A stretch of DNA of 61,797 bases from a virus (Duplodnaviria > Caudoviricetes), in IMG/VR virus record IMGVR_UViG_3300044627_004557, positions 1-61,797 of that record; one strand, 5' to 3'. The notes beneath the pieces are model-generated. The model saw only the letters and a program-made list of their open reading frames with translations, was not told where the DNA came from and made no database searches. Positions 17,146 through 25,586 of the stretch are shown here, in pieces (position 1 is the first letter of the stretch; the number at the start of each line of letters is the position of its first letter). Position numbers and translations under genes: made by a program.

Positions 17146-17397
17146 ATGGAACAAGATACTACTTATGGGAAGGCAGATGTCGTTTATAGCCTAAATCCGG
17201 ATTTTTCTGTGGAAGAATCCGTGATTGAAGAGATCAGGAAGAGGAGCCAAGTTGGATTCAAGAAATACGGCAAGACCATGACACGGACCGACCTTTCGGT
17301 CCGGGAATGGTTACAGCATGCCCTTGAAGAAGCCTTGGACCTGTCGGTATACCTGAAGCGCGTAATTATGGAAATGGATGGCAAGATTAAGCCTTGA
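17146..17397 (+). CDS. Conserved phage all-alpha protein (MazG/dNTP-pyrophosphatase-like fold suspected)
   Basis: RSQVGFKKYGKTMTRTDLSVREWLQHALEEALDLSVYLKR; ATG at 17146. Confidence 0.7.
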   Translation: MEQDTTYGKADVVYSLNPDFSVEESVIEEIRKRSQVGFKKYGKTMTRTDLSVREWLQHALEEALDLSVYLKRVIMEMDGKIKP

Positions 17398-17668
17398 ACT
17401 ATGCCAAAAGGCGTCCTATCCATTGGTGTCCATAAAAGACTACATATCAATTTACAAGGAAAAATACCAAGCATGGCTTAAAGAAAGTCAAGTAAGAGCC
17501 CTTATAAAAAATGACAAGATTGATTATGTGAAACACAATGACCGCATATACGTGGTCATTAATCAAAGGTCTATGGAAGGCTTGAGTACGCCGAAAAATG
17601 CCCGAATTCGCATCAAGAAATCGCTGAAAGAGAAGACTCGCTGGGGCTTAACGGATCGCAGGATGTAG
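17378..17668 (+). CDS. Hypothetical protein, possible excisionase-like HTH
   Basis: LVSIKDY..ESQVRALIKNDKIDYVK; follows the previous plus-strand gene. Confidence 0.45.
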   Translation: MARLSLELCQKASYPLVSIKDYISIYKEKYQAWLKESQVRALIKNDKIDYVKHNDRIYVVINQRSMEGLSTPKNARIRIKKSLKEKTRWGLTDRRM

Positions 17669-18120
17669 ATGTCCTGAGGAGCTGCAGGAATGCCTCCAAA
17701 GTAAACCTTCAGCATGTAGGTCACAAAGGGTATCCGAACCTTAAACGTGGTGCAAACGCCGTTTATGCAAACCGAAGCGTTGTTGCCTTGGTTTGAAATC
17801 AAGCAGTCAACCACATCCCCGGGCTTTACGATAGTGGACTTTCTTATCTCCCGAACGCCATTCACATACGAAGTGGCGTAGAGCTGAATGGCCTTGCCAT
17901 CCTCCGTCGGTAGCCAACAGACGCGAACAGAGTTCCGCTTGTGGTACGGCATACCGGATATCCCCCAAAGCTTGTTGATCCCATAGATGTACCCCTCAGT
18001 GGGGTACAAGCAACTTTGCGTGAAAACAAAGGAGCGCTTCCATATTGTCCCCATTGTAGGGAGCATGGGGTCGTTCAATGGCCAGTTCTGACCCTTCTTT
18101 ATGACGATTACTTTTTGCAT
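17563..18120 (-). CDS. Hypothetical beta-sandwich protein
   Basis: INKLWGIS..HKRNSVRVCW..YFGG..APQDI; preceded by CAAC-N18-GTTA at 18140-18165. Confidence 0.6.
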   Translation of the reverse strand: MQKVIVIKKGQNWPLNDPMLPTMGTIWKRSFVFTQSCLYPTEGYIYGINKLWGISGMPYHKRNSVRVCWLPTEDGKAIQLYATSYVNGVREIRKSTIVKPGDVVDCLISNQGNNASVCINGVCTTFKVRIPFVTYMLKVYFGGIPAAPQDIYILRSVKPQRVFSFSDFLMRIRAFFGVLKPSIDL

Positions 18121-18167
18121 AGGATGTTGTCTAATTAGTTAACAAAATTGGGGAATTGAGTGTTGCA

Positions 18168-18611
18168 CTACCGGTGGATGATGATTGGTATCGCCTTTCC
18201 AATTGGTTGCTTGACAACGGACTGCTCGTCCTTGTAAAGACCATGGCAGACTCTACCGTCAAAGAAGGTGTAGTACACAATGCGTTTGTGGGAGAAAAGA
18301 TCCGGAAGCAGAGTTGACTCTATCTTGATGATCGTCCTGGATATTCTATTGTCAACATCGCTGAGGCTTGAAATAGTATTATAGGCATGCATGGCAGAAA
18401 CGTGGTCCGATAGGCCGAACTCCTCGGATATTTTTTGGTAGCCAATTTCCAAATGTTTCCGGCATAGGTACATCGCTATGTGCCTGGGCTCTACGTTGTG
18501 CCTCTTCTTGCCGGACTTAGCGTTCATGACTTCGGGATCGCATCCGTACTTTTCGCATACGGATTTCTTTACTTTATTTACAAGTTCTACAATTTCTTCG
18601 TATCGTGGCAT
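18168..18611 (-). CDS. Stand-alone DnaA C-terminal (domain IV) HTH protein
   Basis: VEPRHIAMYLCRKHLEIGYQKISEEFGLSDHVSAMHAYNTI matches the Bac_DnaA_C pattern; start taken at MPRYEE. Confidence 0.8.
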   Translation of the reverse strand: MPRYEEIVELVNKVKKSVCEKYGCDPEVMNAKSGKKRHNVEPRHIAMYLCRKHLEIGYQKISEEFGLSDHVSAMHAYNTISSLSDVDNRISRTIIKIESTLLPDLFSHKRIVYYTFFDGRVCHGLYKDEQSVVKQPIGKAIPIIIHR

Positions 18612-18616
18612 ATTGC

Positions 18617-19987
18617 TTATTTGTTTATTATTTTTTCTATTAGTTGAATGCGTTGACCAATCCACCGCATAACCGGCACGGCCATTGAGTTACCGCAAGC
18701 CTTGTACCTCGGTCCATCGGGGCATTGGTCGGCTTCCTTGTTTCGGTAGGGAATCTTCGTCCAATCATCGGGGAATCCTTGTAGGCGTTCGCACTCCTTG
18801 GGGGTCAGCCTTCGGATAGCCATTAAGTGCAACACGGCTCCAATATGCTCGGTGTCTGATTGTGAGCGAATGGTTTGCGTGGTGTGGTCGTTTGTGGTGT
18901 AATTGTAGGTGTCCACGGCTATCGGTTGGGCAACGACATCTCTCTCCCCAAAATTAGCAGAACCACATCCCTTGAAATAATTTGCGTCAATCGTTCCTGC
19001 TATATTTCCATTTATTCCTATCGGTTGAGCAATCTGCTGATCCTGCATTGTGCTAATCGTAAACGCTTGCTCTTCTTGACCGAGATATCCTTTTCCTCCA
19101 CCTTCGCATCCACCACGAACCTTGAAGGCTATCGGTTGGGCAACAACATTCGTGCTTCGTACATCTCCAACATCAAAGCAATTTATCGTATTGGCCGTTT
19201 CATCCTTCTCCCAGGTTTCAAAGTCGCTATCGCTTTGCGCTCTTCTCACTTTACGAAATGGTTGCTGAAGTATAGCCCCAAAGTTATCCTTATCCGGCAT
19301 CCGTTGTGCGCCATTCGCATTCTGCTTGGTTAAGGTTCCTGCAACTTGACTTCCGTCCCACCAACTGCCTGCCTCTCCAACGCTTCCTTCAGCATTGGCG
19401 GTAACTTCTTCCCTCTTTTTTCTGCTCGGTTTAGTATTCCCTTGCAGGCTTTCTCGCTCAAATAGAACCGCTGCGGCAACTCGCCAGTCTCCAAGGTATC
19501 CGACAACAAACACTCTTCTGCGTCTTTGGGCGACTCCGAAGTATTGAGCGTCAAGAACTCTGTATGCGAACCCATACCCGAGTTCCCCCAACGCCCCGAG
19601 GAAGGTGCCAAAATCTTTTCCTCCGTTGGACGACAATACACCGGGGACATTTTCCCAGACGATCCACTTGGGACGGAGTTTATCAGCGATTGAAAGAAAG
19701 GTAAGCATGAGGTTCCCTCGTGGGTCATCAAGTCCCTTGCGAAGTCCTGCGACGGAGAAGGATTGGCATGGGGTTCCCCCCACGAGAAGGTCAATTGGTC
19801 GTTCATCTGCGATTGGGTTTTGGTTAATGGTTGTCATATCTCCCAAGTTAGGAACCGTTGGGAACCGGTGTTTCAGCACATCCGAAGGGAATTGTTCAAT
19901 CTCTGAGAACCATTGCGGCTCCCACCCGAGGTTATGCCAAGCGACTGTAGCCGCTTCAATGCCTGAGCAAACTGATCCGTATTTCAT
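18617..19987 (-). CDS. DNA (cytosine-5) methyltransferase
   Basis: Motif I SVCSGIEA, IV GGTPCQSFS, VI WENVPG, VIII QRRRRVF, IX RRLTPKECERLQGFPD, X YKACGNSMAVPV. Confidence 0.95.
   Translation of the reverse strand: MKYGSVCSGIEAATVAWHNLGWEPQWFSEIEQFPSDVLKHRFPTVPNLGDMTTINQNPIADERPIDLLVGGTPCQSFSVAGLRKGLDDPRGNLMLTFLSIADKLRPKWIVWENVPGVLSSNGGKDFGTFLGALGELGYGFAYRVLDAQYFGVAQRRRRVFVVGYLGDWRVAAAVLFERESLQGNTKPSRKKREEVTANAEGSVGEAGSWWDGSQVAGTLTKQNANGAQRMPDKDNFGAILQQPFRKVRRAQSDSDFETWEKDETANTINCFDVGDVRSTNVVAQPIAFKVRGGCEGGGKGYLGQEEQAFTISTMQDQQIAQPIGINGNIAGTIDANYFKGCGSANFGERDVVAQPIAVDTYNYTTNDHTTQTIRSQSDTEHIGAVLHLMAIRRLTPKECERLQGFPDDWTKIPYRNKEADQCPDGPRYKACGNSMAVPVMRWIGQRIQLIEKIINK
19330..19806 (-). CDS. Nested alternative-frame MTase beta-type polypeptide
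   Basis: 158-aa ORF wholly inside the MTase in another frame. RWGNSGM..LNTSE.P...EECLLSDTLETGELPQRFYLS..ILNRAEKRGKKLP resembles M.EcoHK31I beta as I recall it. Confidence 0.7.
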   Translation of the reverse strand: MNDQLTFSWGEPHANPSPSQDFARDLMTHEGTSCLPFFQSLINSVPSGSSGKMSPVYCRPTEEKILAPSSGRWGNSGMGSHTEFLTLNTSESPKDAEECLLSDTLETGELPQRFYLSEKACKGILNRAEKRGKKLPPMLKEALERQAVGGTEVKLQEP

Positions 19988-20022
19988 TTATTTGGTTGTT
20001 TGGTTAAATTTTCCCTTAAATT

Positions 20023-20050
20023 AAAACGGGGAGATAATTCCCCCCGTTTT
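20023..20050. terminator. Intrinsic terminator-like hairpin
   Basis: aaaacggggaga-taat-tccccccgtttt. Confidence 0.6.
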
Positions 20051-20073
20051 TAGCATAAAAAGCAGCCATTCCT

Positions 20074-20349
20074 TTAGAATGGCATATCATCATCAACACT
20101 TTCCGCTTGAGATGGAGCCGATTTTTTGGTTGGAGTCCATTCATTAAGTGAGGCATTGTGAGTGTGTCCGTACTTGTCTGGCTGATCAAGTTCCCAGCAG
20201 TCAATGGTTACATACCCTTTCTCGTTCTTGTGGTTCTTGAGGAACTCAGAGAACTTGTCTGCCTGGATGTTCACGCTGAAGACAGACTTCGTGTTGATGA
20301 TTTTGGCCCTTACTTTAAAGCCATCAGCAAATGTTTTTTGTGCTTTCAT
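20074..20349 (-). CDS. Small SSB-like protein with acidic tail
   Basis: FLKNHKNEKGYVTID..QPDKYGHTH, ending VDDDMPF (SSB-type C-terminal tip). Confidence 0.6.
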   Translation of the reverse strand: MKAQKTFADGFKVRAKIINTKSVFSVNIQADKFSEFLKNHKNEKGYVTIDCWELDQPDKYGHTHNASLNEWTPTKKSAPSQAESVDDDMPF

Positions 20350-20388
20350 TTTTTTGGATTTTGGGGTTTAGTTGTGCAAATATAATCA

Positions 20389-20670
20389 TTAATCTTTCTT
20401 CTTGTGCTTTATTGACAAATTAAAAAATCTCAAACACATATCATCAAATCTCAAAGGCTTTTTAACCTCTTGCCCATTGTACCTGAATGTGCAATCCCAT
20501 ACGTCTGTTTCCAATGCGTCAGGATCCTTGATTAGGTTGACGATCTCTTTCTCGCATTCAAGCATAACTCCATCCTTGACATACATCCTCCTCCTAATGG
20601 ATCCCTCCTTTTTTGATGAGACTAAATACTTGTACATATTATCGTGGTAACCTCTTGAGCCATCATTCAT
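20389..20670 (-). CDS. Hypothetical protein
   Basis: ORF in operon. Confidence 0.55.
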   Translation of the reverse strand: MNDGSRGYHDNMYKYLVSSKKEGSIRRRMYVKDGVMLECEKEIVNLIKDPDALETDVWDCTFRYNGQEVKKPLRFDDMCLRFFNLSIKHKKKD

Positions 20671-20825
20671 TTCTTCATTCTTTTAAATCTTGAAAATAAA
20701 ACAGATTCTTCAACGCACATCTTATACTTAATCATTAAGTATCTTCTTACGGCGTTCAGAGGCTTGCCTGATTTAGCGGCCACCTCTATGATTGAGTCAA
20801 TTATGTCTTTGGGTTGCTTCATCAT
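20667..20825 (-). CDS. 52-aa hypothetical protein (absent from ORF track)
   Basis: MMKQPKDIIDSIIEVAAKSGKPLNAVRRYL...; fills the gap, with an ATGA overlap. Confidence 0.5.
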   Translation of the reverse strand: MMKQPKDIIDSIIEVAAKSGKPLNAVRRYLMIKYKMCVEESVLFSRFKRMKK

Positions 20826-20835
20826 TTTGTTTGGT

Positions 20836-21054
20836 TTAATTGTCGGAAACGAATTGATTTAAAAGTAATTCAGTTACACCATCCGGTATGTCTTTAATTG
20901 ATAGTGGCGAGCCATTAACCTTGGCTTCTAAGATTTGAAAGCCACACTTTTGCATTCCGTAGATAGTCATACTCTCTGACTTTTTTATCACGATATCAAA
21001 TTGAAGTCCATCCCATAGGATGTCAACTGAAAGTGTGTTGTTGTCTTTATTCAT
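20836..21054 (-). CDS. Hypothetical protein
   Basis: ATG at 21054 overlaps the end of the upstream gene. Confidence 0.5.
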   Translation of the reverse strand: MNKDNNTLSVDILWDGLQFDIVIKKSESMTIYGMQKCGFQILEAKVNGSPLSIKDIPDGVTELLLNQFVSDN

Positions 21055-21397
21055 TCTTGAAGAATTTTGTTTTAACAAGGTGGGTCAATATTTTGTACCA
21101 ATCATCCTTTTCTAGGCAGACAACCGATCCAAGTCTGTTTCTTTTGTGGAATACGGTCCTAATCTTATCCCTAGGCATATTGGATATTACTTGATGAACA
21201 CCTGGGGACAATCTCTCAACGGCTTTGCATTGGATGTGATATGGCAATCCAACAAGGTCAACACCGGCATCGTCCATTCTCTTTGATTCATTCCTTGATG
21301 TAAATACATCCTTAAAACCTAAATCAATGTGATCGTTTTTGATGGACAATTCGTAGGTGTTACCCTTCGCTCTTGGTGACTTTATTTTCTTGGCCAT
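21047..21397 (-). CDS. Holliday junction resolvase-like PD-(D/E)XK nuclease
   Basis: RAKGNTYEL, DDAGVDL..HIQCK, VFHKRNR. Confidence 0.75.
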   Translation of the reverse strand: MAKKIKSPRAKGNTYELSIKNDHIDLGFKDVFTSRNESKRMDDAGVDLVGLPYHIQCKAVERLSPGVHQVISNMPRDKIRTVFHKRNRLGSVVCLEKDDWYKILTHLVKTKFFKNE

Positions 21398-21717
21398 TAT
21401 AGAATCATTTTTAGAATCCTCTTAAACAATGAAACCGGAATCCATTCTCTTGATGAAACGCTGTACATTTCTTTAGCGCCTCTAGACTTAGCGTATCTTT
21501 CGGCATCCGCTATTGACGCGAAGTGATTACCCCAAGTGACAATTGACTCATTGCCAAATGGCTCAAGTATGACACAGTTAAACTTGGTTCCTTGTAAGTC
21601 GGTTATAGCGTGGATCGAGCAGTAATTCAGAACCGGATACCCCCACTTGGATGGCCCTCTTGTTTTTACCACGAATCCTCCATTAACCTTAACTCCATTT
21701 GATAGGTATGCTTTCAT
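21397..21717 (-). CDS. Hypothetical protein
   Basis: ORF with a 1-nt overlap. Confidence 0.55.
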   Translation of the reverse strand: MKAYLSNGVKVNGGFVVKTRGPSKWGYPVLNYCSIHAITDLQGTKFNCVILEPFGNESIVTWGNHFASIADAERYAKSRGAKEMYSVSSREWIPVSLFKRILKMIL

Positions 21718-21722
21718 TGTCC

Positions 21723-22013
21723 TTATGTTTTTTGAATGTCGGTTATGTTTATTGAGTCTAAAAGGTTGTCGTAAATCAACTCATCTTCGTGCGTATACAG
21801 CTCAATGGTTGGTCTTGGGAATGGCGGTTCGGGAAACAATTGCTCAAGGGTAAGGTGAAGATACTCTTCCTTTTTGCCAGAAAGTTTTGACGATGGTCCG
21901 CTAAGGGCATCAATCGCTTTTTGGTTGGCTTCCTCTTGGCTGTCGGCCTCAATAGAGAATCGGACTCTAATCCAAACCTTGTATTGTTTGTCTGCGTAAA
22001 ATGGGTGTTGCAT
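21723..22013 (-). CDS. Hypothetical protein
   Basis: FSIEADSQEEANQKA motif, common in small phage early proteins. Confidence 0.6.
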   Translation of the reverse strand: MQHPFYADKQYKVWIRVRFSIEADSQEEANQKAIDALSGPSSKLSGKKEEYLHLTLEQLFPEPPFPRPTIELYTHEDELIYDNLLDSINITDIQKT

Positions 22014-22022
22014 AGCTATGTT

Positions 22023-22220
22023 TTAATGTATACAAATATAGTCACTTTTCGCCATTGCACCAATAGCGTTTGCTGATACGGGATTGGGCTTAGACCGCCC
22101 AATTTTGAGCGAGTCATTCTCTTTTTCCAACTCTATTATTCTTTTTTCCATACATCTTATTCTTTCTCTTTGAAATTCAATTAGCGAAGTAGCGTGTGAT
22201 CCTGTTGGGTACGTTGGCAT
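22023..22220 (-). CDS. Hypothetical coiled-coil protein
   Basis: ORF in operon. Confidence 0.55.
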   Translation of the reverse strand: MPTYPTGSHATSLIEFQRERIRCMEKRIIELEKENDSLKIGRSKPNPVSANAIGAMAKSDYICIH

Positions 22221-22231
22221 GGTTTGTTTAT

Positions 22232-22456
22232 TTAAAGGGTTACGAAATAGGTGGAGTTAACGACGTCGCCGGCAGGGTTTATCTCAACGACCTCGGAGTA
22301 TTCCTTCCAGGACTGAGCCTCTGCACCGAACTCATGTGTGTGTTCGCAGTCCATGAATGCCGACACAAAGGTGTCGCACATCTCGGACTTGTTGCTCGCT
22401 TGGCCGTACTGAGACCAATTGATCGCGAAGAATTTGTTTTGTGTTTCGTTGTTCAT
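22232..22456 (-). CDS. Hypothetical protein
   Basis: ORF with an ATGA overlap. Confidence 0.55.
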   Translation of the reverse strand: MNNETQNKFFAINWSQYGQASNKSEMCDTFVSAFMDCEHTHEFGAEAQSWKEYSEVVEINPAGDVVNSTYFVTL

Positions 22457-22641
22457 GGTTTAGCGTTTAGTTCCCTTGTAAGCCTATCAAGCAGCGGTTC
22501 AATTAAAGATATCTGAGCCTCAAAGCCCTCGTCAATACCTTCCTGAGTTGTAGTATCCCAATCGCCACTCAGAGCCATTTCAGCGTCTGTCTTGAGGCAT
22601 CTGAGTACATGAATGGTTGCTTTTAAAAGTTCGTTGTTCAT
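22453..22641 (-). CDS. Hypothetical protein
   Basis: Start at MNNELL; contains DAEMALSGDWD. Confidence 0.55.
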   Translation of the reverse strand: MNNELLKATIHVLRCLKTDAEMALSGDWDTTTQEGIDEGFEAQISLIEPLLDRLTRELNAKP

Positions 22642-22651
22642 TTTGTTTGGG

Positions 22652-22969
22652 TTAAAAAGGGTTAGGGGGTAGGGGCATCCAGTAGAGAACTGAGGATAAT
22701 TCATTTAAGGACTCCCAACAAAAAGATGCATCATCAAGCTCAGATAAACATTCTACGGTTTGATAGCCATGTTTTGTAAACACTAGAACATCTTCACCCA
22801 AAGCGGGTTTCTTTTTTTTCAATTTAATCCATTTTCTGCTACGCTCTTCTACAAGCCTAATGATTTCTTCTTGCTCCTTTTCAGTGAGCATCACATCACC
22901 ATTCGAATCTCGCATCTGCTCGAAGCATGAGCGCAAGCTCCATTCGGTTTTGATTGTTTTGTTTTTCAT
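22652..22969 (-). CDS. DUF551-like protein with N-terminal extension
   Basis: KWIKLKKKKP..VLVF..YWMPLPPNPF. Confidence 0.65.
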   Translation of the reverse strand: MKNKTIKTEWSLRSCFEQMRDSNGDVMLTEKEQEEIIRLVEERSRKWIKLKKKKPALGEDVLVFTKHGYQTVECLSELDDASFCWESLNELSSVLYWMPLPPNPF

Positions 22970-22978
22970 CGGTTTGGA

Positions 22979-23173
22979 TTAAAATGGGTTTGGGGGTAGG
23001 GGCATCCAGTGGCTGACTTCGGTTAGGAACCAAGATTGGTGTTCGTAGGACCAAAGGTGGCGGTTCTCAAGCCAGCCCATAAATTGATTCATGTCCGTTG
23101 TGAAAATCAGGACGGGTTCACCAAGTTCCGGCATACGCTCGGAACATTTAATCCATTTTGTTTCGTCGCTCAT
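22979..23173 (-). CDS. DUF551-like protein
   Basis: KWIKCSERMPE..VLIF..VSHWMPLPPNPF; a 25-bp near-identical 3' end is shared with the neighbour (22659-22683 vs 22986-23010). Confidence 0.8.
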   Translation of the reverse strand: MSDETKWIKCSERMPELGEPVLIFTTDMNQFMGWLENRHLWSYEHQSWFLTEVSHWMPLPPNPF

Positions 23174-23222
23174 AGTTCATATTTAAAAGTCCTAAGTTAA
23201 GGAATAAAATCCACATTTGCAA

Positions 23223-23534
23223 CTACTCAAAGGAGTGAAACTTGACGTTGTTGTCTACTACTTTGTAAATCGTCATGTGCGATTCATCCTCAATCATCTG
23301 CACGATTCTTTGTGCAAACTCGTGGAGAGTTTCGTCATCGTACAGCTTGTCAACGGGCAGATGCATACCGGTCGGTAGTCCAAGCATGCTGAGAGGCAAC
23401 TTGGTTCCGTACGATGAGTGTCCCGAATAAAGGATGTGCTTGATGGAGCCTTCTACCAGGTTGGTCAGTAGGGTCATCTCCTCCCTGGCAGGGGAGAAGA
23501 GTTGAATGTGAACGATTTTGGTGATGTCTTTCAT
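23223..23534 (-). CDS. Hypothetical protein
   Basis: ORF in early operon. Confidence 0.55.
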   Translation of the reverse strand: MKDITKIVHIQLFSPAREEMTLLTNLVEGSIKHILYSGHSSYGTKLPLSMLGLPTGMHLPVDKLYDDETLHEFAQRIVQMIEDESHMTIYKVVDNNVKFHSFE

Positions 23535-23547
23535 TGTTAGGTTTGGT

Positions 23548-23799
23548 TTAAGGTTTAATTATGTTAATTGGTGAGCTTGTTTCTATGACAACCCTAGCGC
23601 CACACGACAGTAACGCCTTGGTGTCACAGCCCGATCCGGAATACACGACCCTACTTGGGCCAAGTATCTCAACCTCGTTGCAGTACGTGTTCTTTTTGCC
23701 CTGCTTGATGGTTATGACCGGTAAGTCAGTTCCATTTACTTTATTGGAGCGTATGTGGTGCTGATTGACGTGTATTCTAGTTAAAGATTGTTTAGACAT
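23548..23799 (-). CDS. Conserved small phage protein
   Basis: IHVNQHHIRSN..PVITIK..EVEILGPSRVVY..LSCGARVVIET. Confidence 0.7.
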   Translation of the reverse strand: MSKQSLTRIHVNQHHIRSNKVNGTDLPVITIKQGKKNTYCNEVEILGPSRVVYSGSGCDTKALLSCGARVVIETSSPINIIKP

Positions 23800-23818
23800 G
23801 GCTTTTAGTGGTGTTTAA

Positions 23819-24487
23819 TTAGGATATACGGACGATTTGACGCTGAAAGTCTTTGGAATTTTGCAACATTTCATCAAGCGATGAATAGGATGGATAATCT
23901 CCGTCGTGCAACCAATCGTGCAACGAGTATTGAGTTCCTTTAATCTTTAGCATACGATAATTGGTGCCATCCTCTAAGATTATGGTTGCCCAATCAGCCT
24001 TCGGCGTGATGAATGCAACGAAACACATTGCAGAGCCAATGTTTATTTCCCCAAACCTTGATTGTTTGTAATCAACTTTCTGAGTCTTTGTCTTGGAAAC
24101 AAAGTACGCCTTTATTTGCTTGGATTTAGTTGTGCTGGAAGAATGACGATGCTCTTTGTCCATCCAATCGTCTTTTAGTTCAAGCAACATTTGGTGGTTA
24201 CTCATGTTGGGATCTGCGTATTCCCTGCAAAGTTTCACATCAATGACCGACCCGAACTCTTTGGTGAACTCATTGATATCGGACAACACTTTCTCTCGGA
24301 ATAAAGAAAGCATGGCAGAGTTATGGAGGTTCATGTTGCGAGTAAACTCCTGCTTGTCATCTTCGCATTTGCGTACACTTGCAAGGGTGAATCGCCCATC
24401 CGTTTTCTTGGATGCGTCCTTCGCGTTGATGTTGTTGAACTCGCCAATGATTCCATCTACAAGTTCTTGTTGGGTTTTTGTTAGCAT
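23819..24487 (-). CDS. Hypothetical protein
   Basis: 222-aa ORF in early operon. Confidence 0.7.
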   Translation of the reverse strand: MLTKTQQELVDGIIGEFNNINAKDASKKTDGRFTLASVRKCEDDKQEFTRNMNLHNSAMLSLFREKVLSDINEFTKEFGSVIDVKLCREYADPNMSNHQMLLELKDDWMDKEHRHSSSTTKSKQIKAYFVSKTKTQKVDYKQSRFGEINIGSAMCFVAFITPKADWATIILEDGTNYRMLKIKGTQYSLHDWLHDGDYPSYSSLDEMLQNSKDFQRQIVRIS

Positions 24488-24506
24488 AATTGTTTTGATT
24501 TAAGGG

Positions 24507-24701
24507 TTAATATAAGTGATTCATAAGTGATTCATACACGAAACTTCCGTCCTTGTTGACTTCATCCAATTGCTCTTTGGTCATTGGCTTGCCATCGTAG
24601 TTTGCACTTATGATGAACGCATCGCAGAAATCGGGATAGTCCTCGGTGTCGATACCGTCAAACTCAATGTCGGATATCTTGGTGTAGTCTAAGGTTTTCA
24701 T
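24507..24701 (-). CDS. Small acidic phage protein
   Basis: IEFDGIDTEDYPDFCDAFIISA.YDG..MT.EQLDE. Confidence 0.7.
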   Translation of the reverse strand: MKTLDYTKISDIEFDGIDTEDYPDFCDAFIISANYDGKPMTKEQLDEVNKDGSFVYESLMNHLY

Positions 24702-24940
24702 AGTGTTTGTAGTTTTTGTGAGATTAAAGATAATGCACTCTGTAGTTCTATTTGTTCTTTTGTAACTTCCCTGAATCCAAACAAGACAAGGCGCTTGATT
24801 TGATTAAGAGTCAACTCATCAAGAGATTTTGCTTCTTTGCAATGACTTACAATGGTTTTTTTTGCTTCGGGCCATTGTTCTGACCGATCAAGTTCATCCC
24901 TGACGTGATCGGGTAGTGCTGAATAGAGATTCTTTTTCAT
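24698..24940 (-). CDS. Hypothetical protein
   Basis: ORF with an ATGA overlap. Confidence 0.55.
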   Translation of the reverse strand: MKKNLYSALPDHVRDELDRSEQWPEAKKTIVSHCKEAKSLDELTLNQIKRLVLFGFREVTKEQIELQSALSLISQKLQTL

Positions 24941-24952
24941 AATTGATTTAGT

Positions 24953-25549
24953 TTAAGGGTTAGTTTTTTGTGAGTCTCTGAAGTCTTGCAGGATGCTCTC
25001 TCTATCTCTCTCACTCATAAAGTGGAGGTGCTTGTCAATGAACTCCTGCTCGGTAAGTTCGTCATTGATGGCCCACTCTATGATGGACTCTACCTCACAC
25101 TCCATGTAGTCATCCGAATCCATAGCGTACTTGCCTTCGTGGTAATCCATCTGCACGTCTTCGCCAAGTTCTCCCGATGAGGCAGTCATCCAACCGGCAA
25201 AGTCATTGCCACATTCCTCGTACTCAAGCCGCACATCAACGCCGTATATTGCGGACAAGGCAAGGGCGAACGGAGTCGCGGGACTCCAAGCCGTGTCAAA
25301 ACTAACGGAGAATCCACCCAAATCGTCAGTCGGATTGAGGATGTGTTCGTCACCATTGATGTCCCACTTTGTGCCATAGGTAGCACAATTGTGGTTGTAC
25401 CAATCCTTCTCATCGAATTTAGGATTCCTACCGATGAGTGACTCAAAGACCCTGTTGTTTGATGGGTCTGAGAATTTTTCAGCAATTAAGCTGAGTTTTT
25501 CTGGCGTACCTCCCGATACGACTAGAAAGTTTGAGCACCAATTTGGCAT
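24953..25549 (-). CDS. DUF1281/YubB ferredoxin-like domain protein
   Basis: MPNWCSN, WYNHNCATYGTKWD, FDTAWSPA, YEECGNDFAG; start at ATG 25549. Confidence 0.75.
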   Translation of the reverse strand: MPNWCSNFLVVSGGTPEKLSLIAEKFSDPSNNRVFESLIGRNPKFDEKDWYNHNCATYGTKWDINGDEHILNPTDDLGGFSVSFDTAWSPATPFALALSAIYGVDVRLEYEECGNDFAGWMTASSGELGEDVQMDYHEGKYAMDSDDYMECEVESIIEWAINDELTEQEFIDKHLHFMSERDRESILQDFRDSQKTNP

Positions 25550-25562
25550 ATAAAAGTTGTTC

Positions 25563-25586
25563 GGTATATCTCCCGTCCCAGAGTTT
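25563..25586 (-). promoter_or_regulatory. 24-nt leader motif (second copy 29108-29131)
   Basis: ggtatatctccc(g/a)tccc(a/g)gagttt, 22/24 identical, both 13-14 nt upstream of an ATG. Confidence 0.6.
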
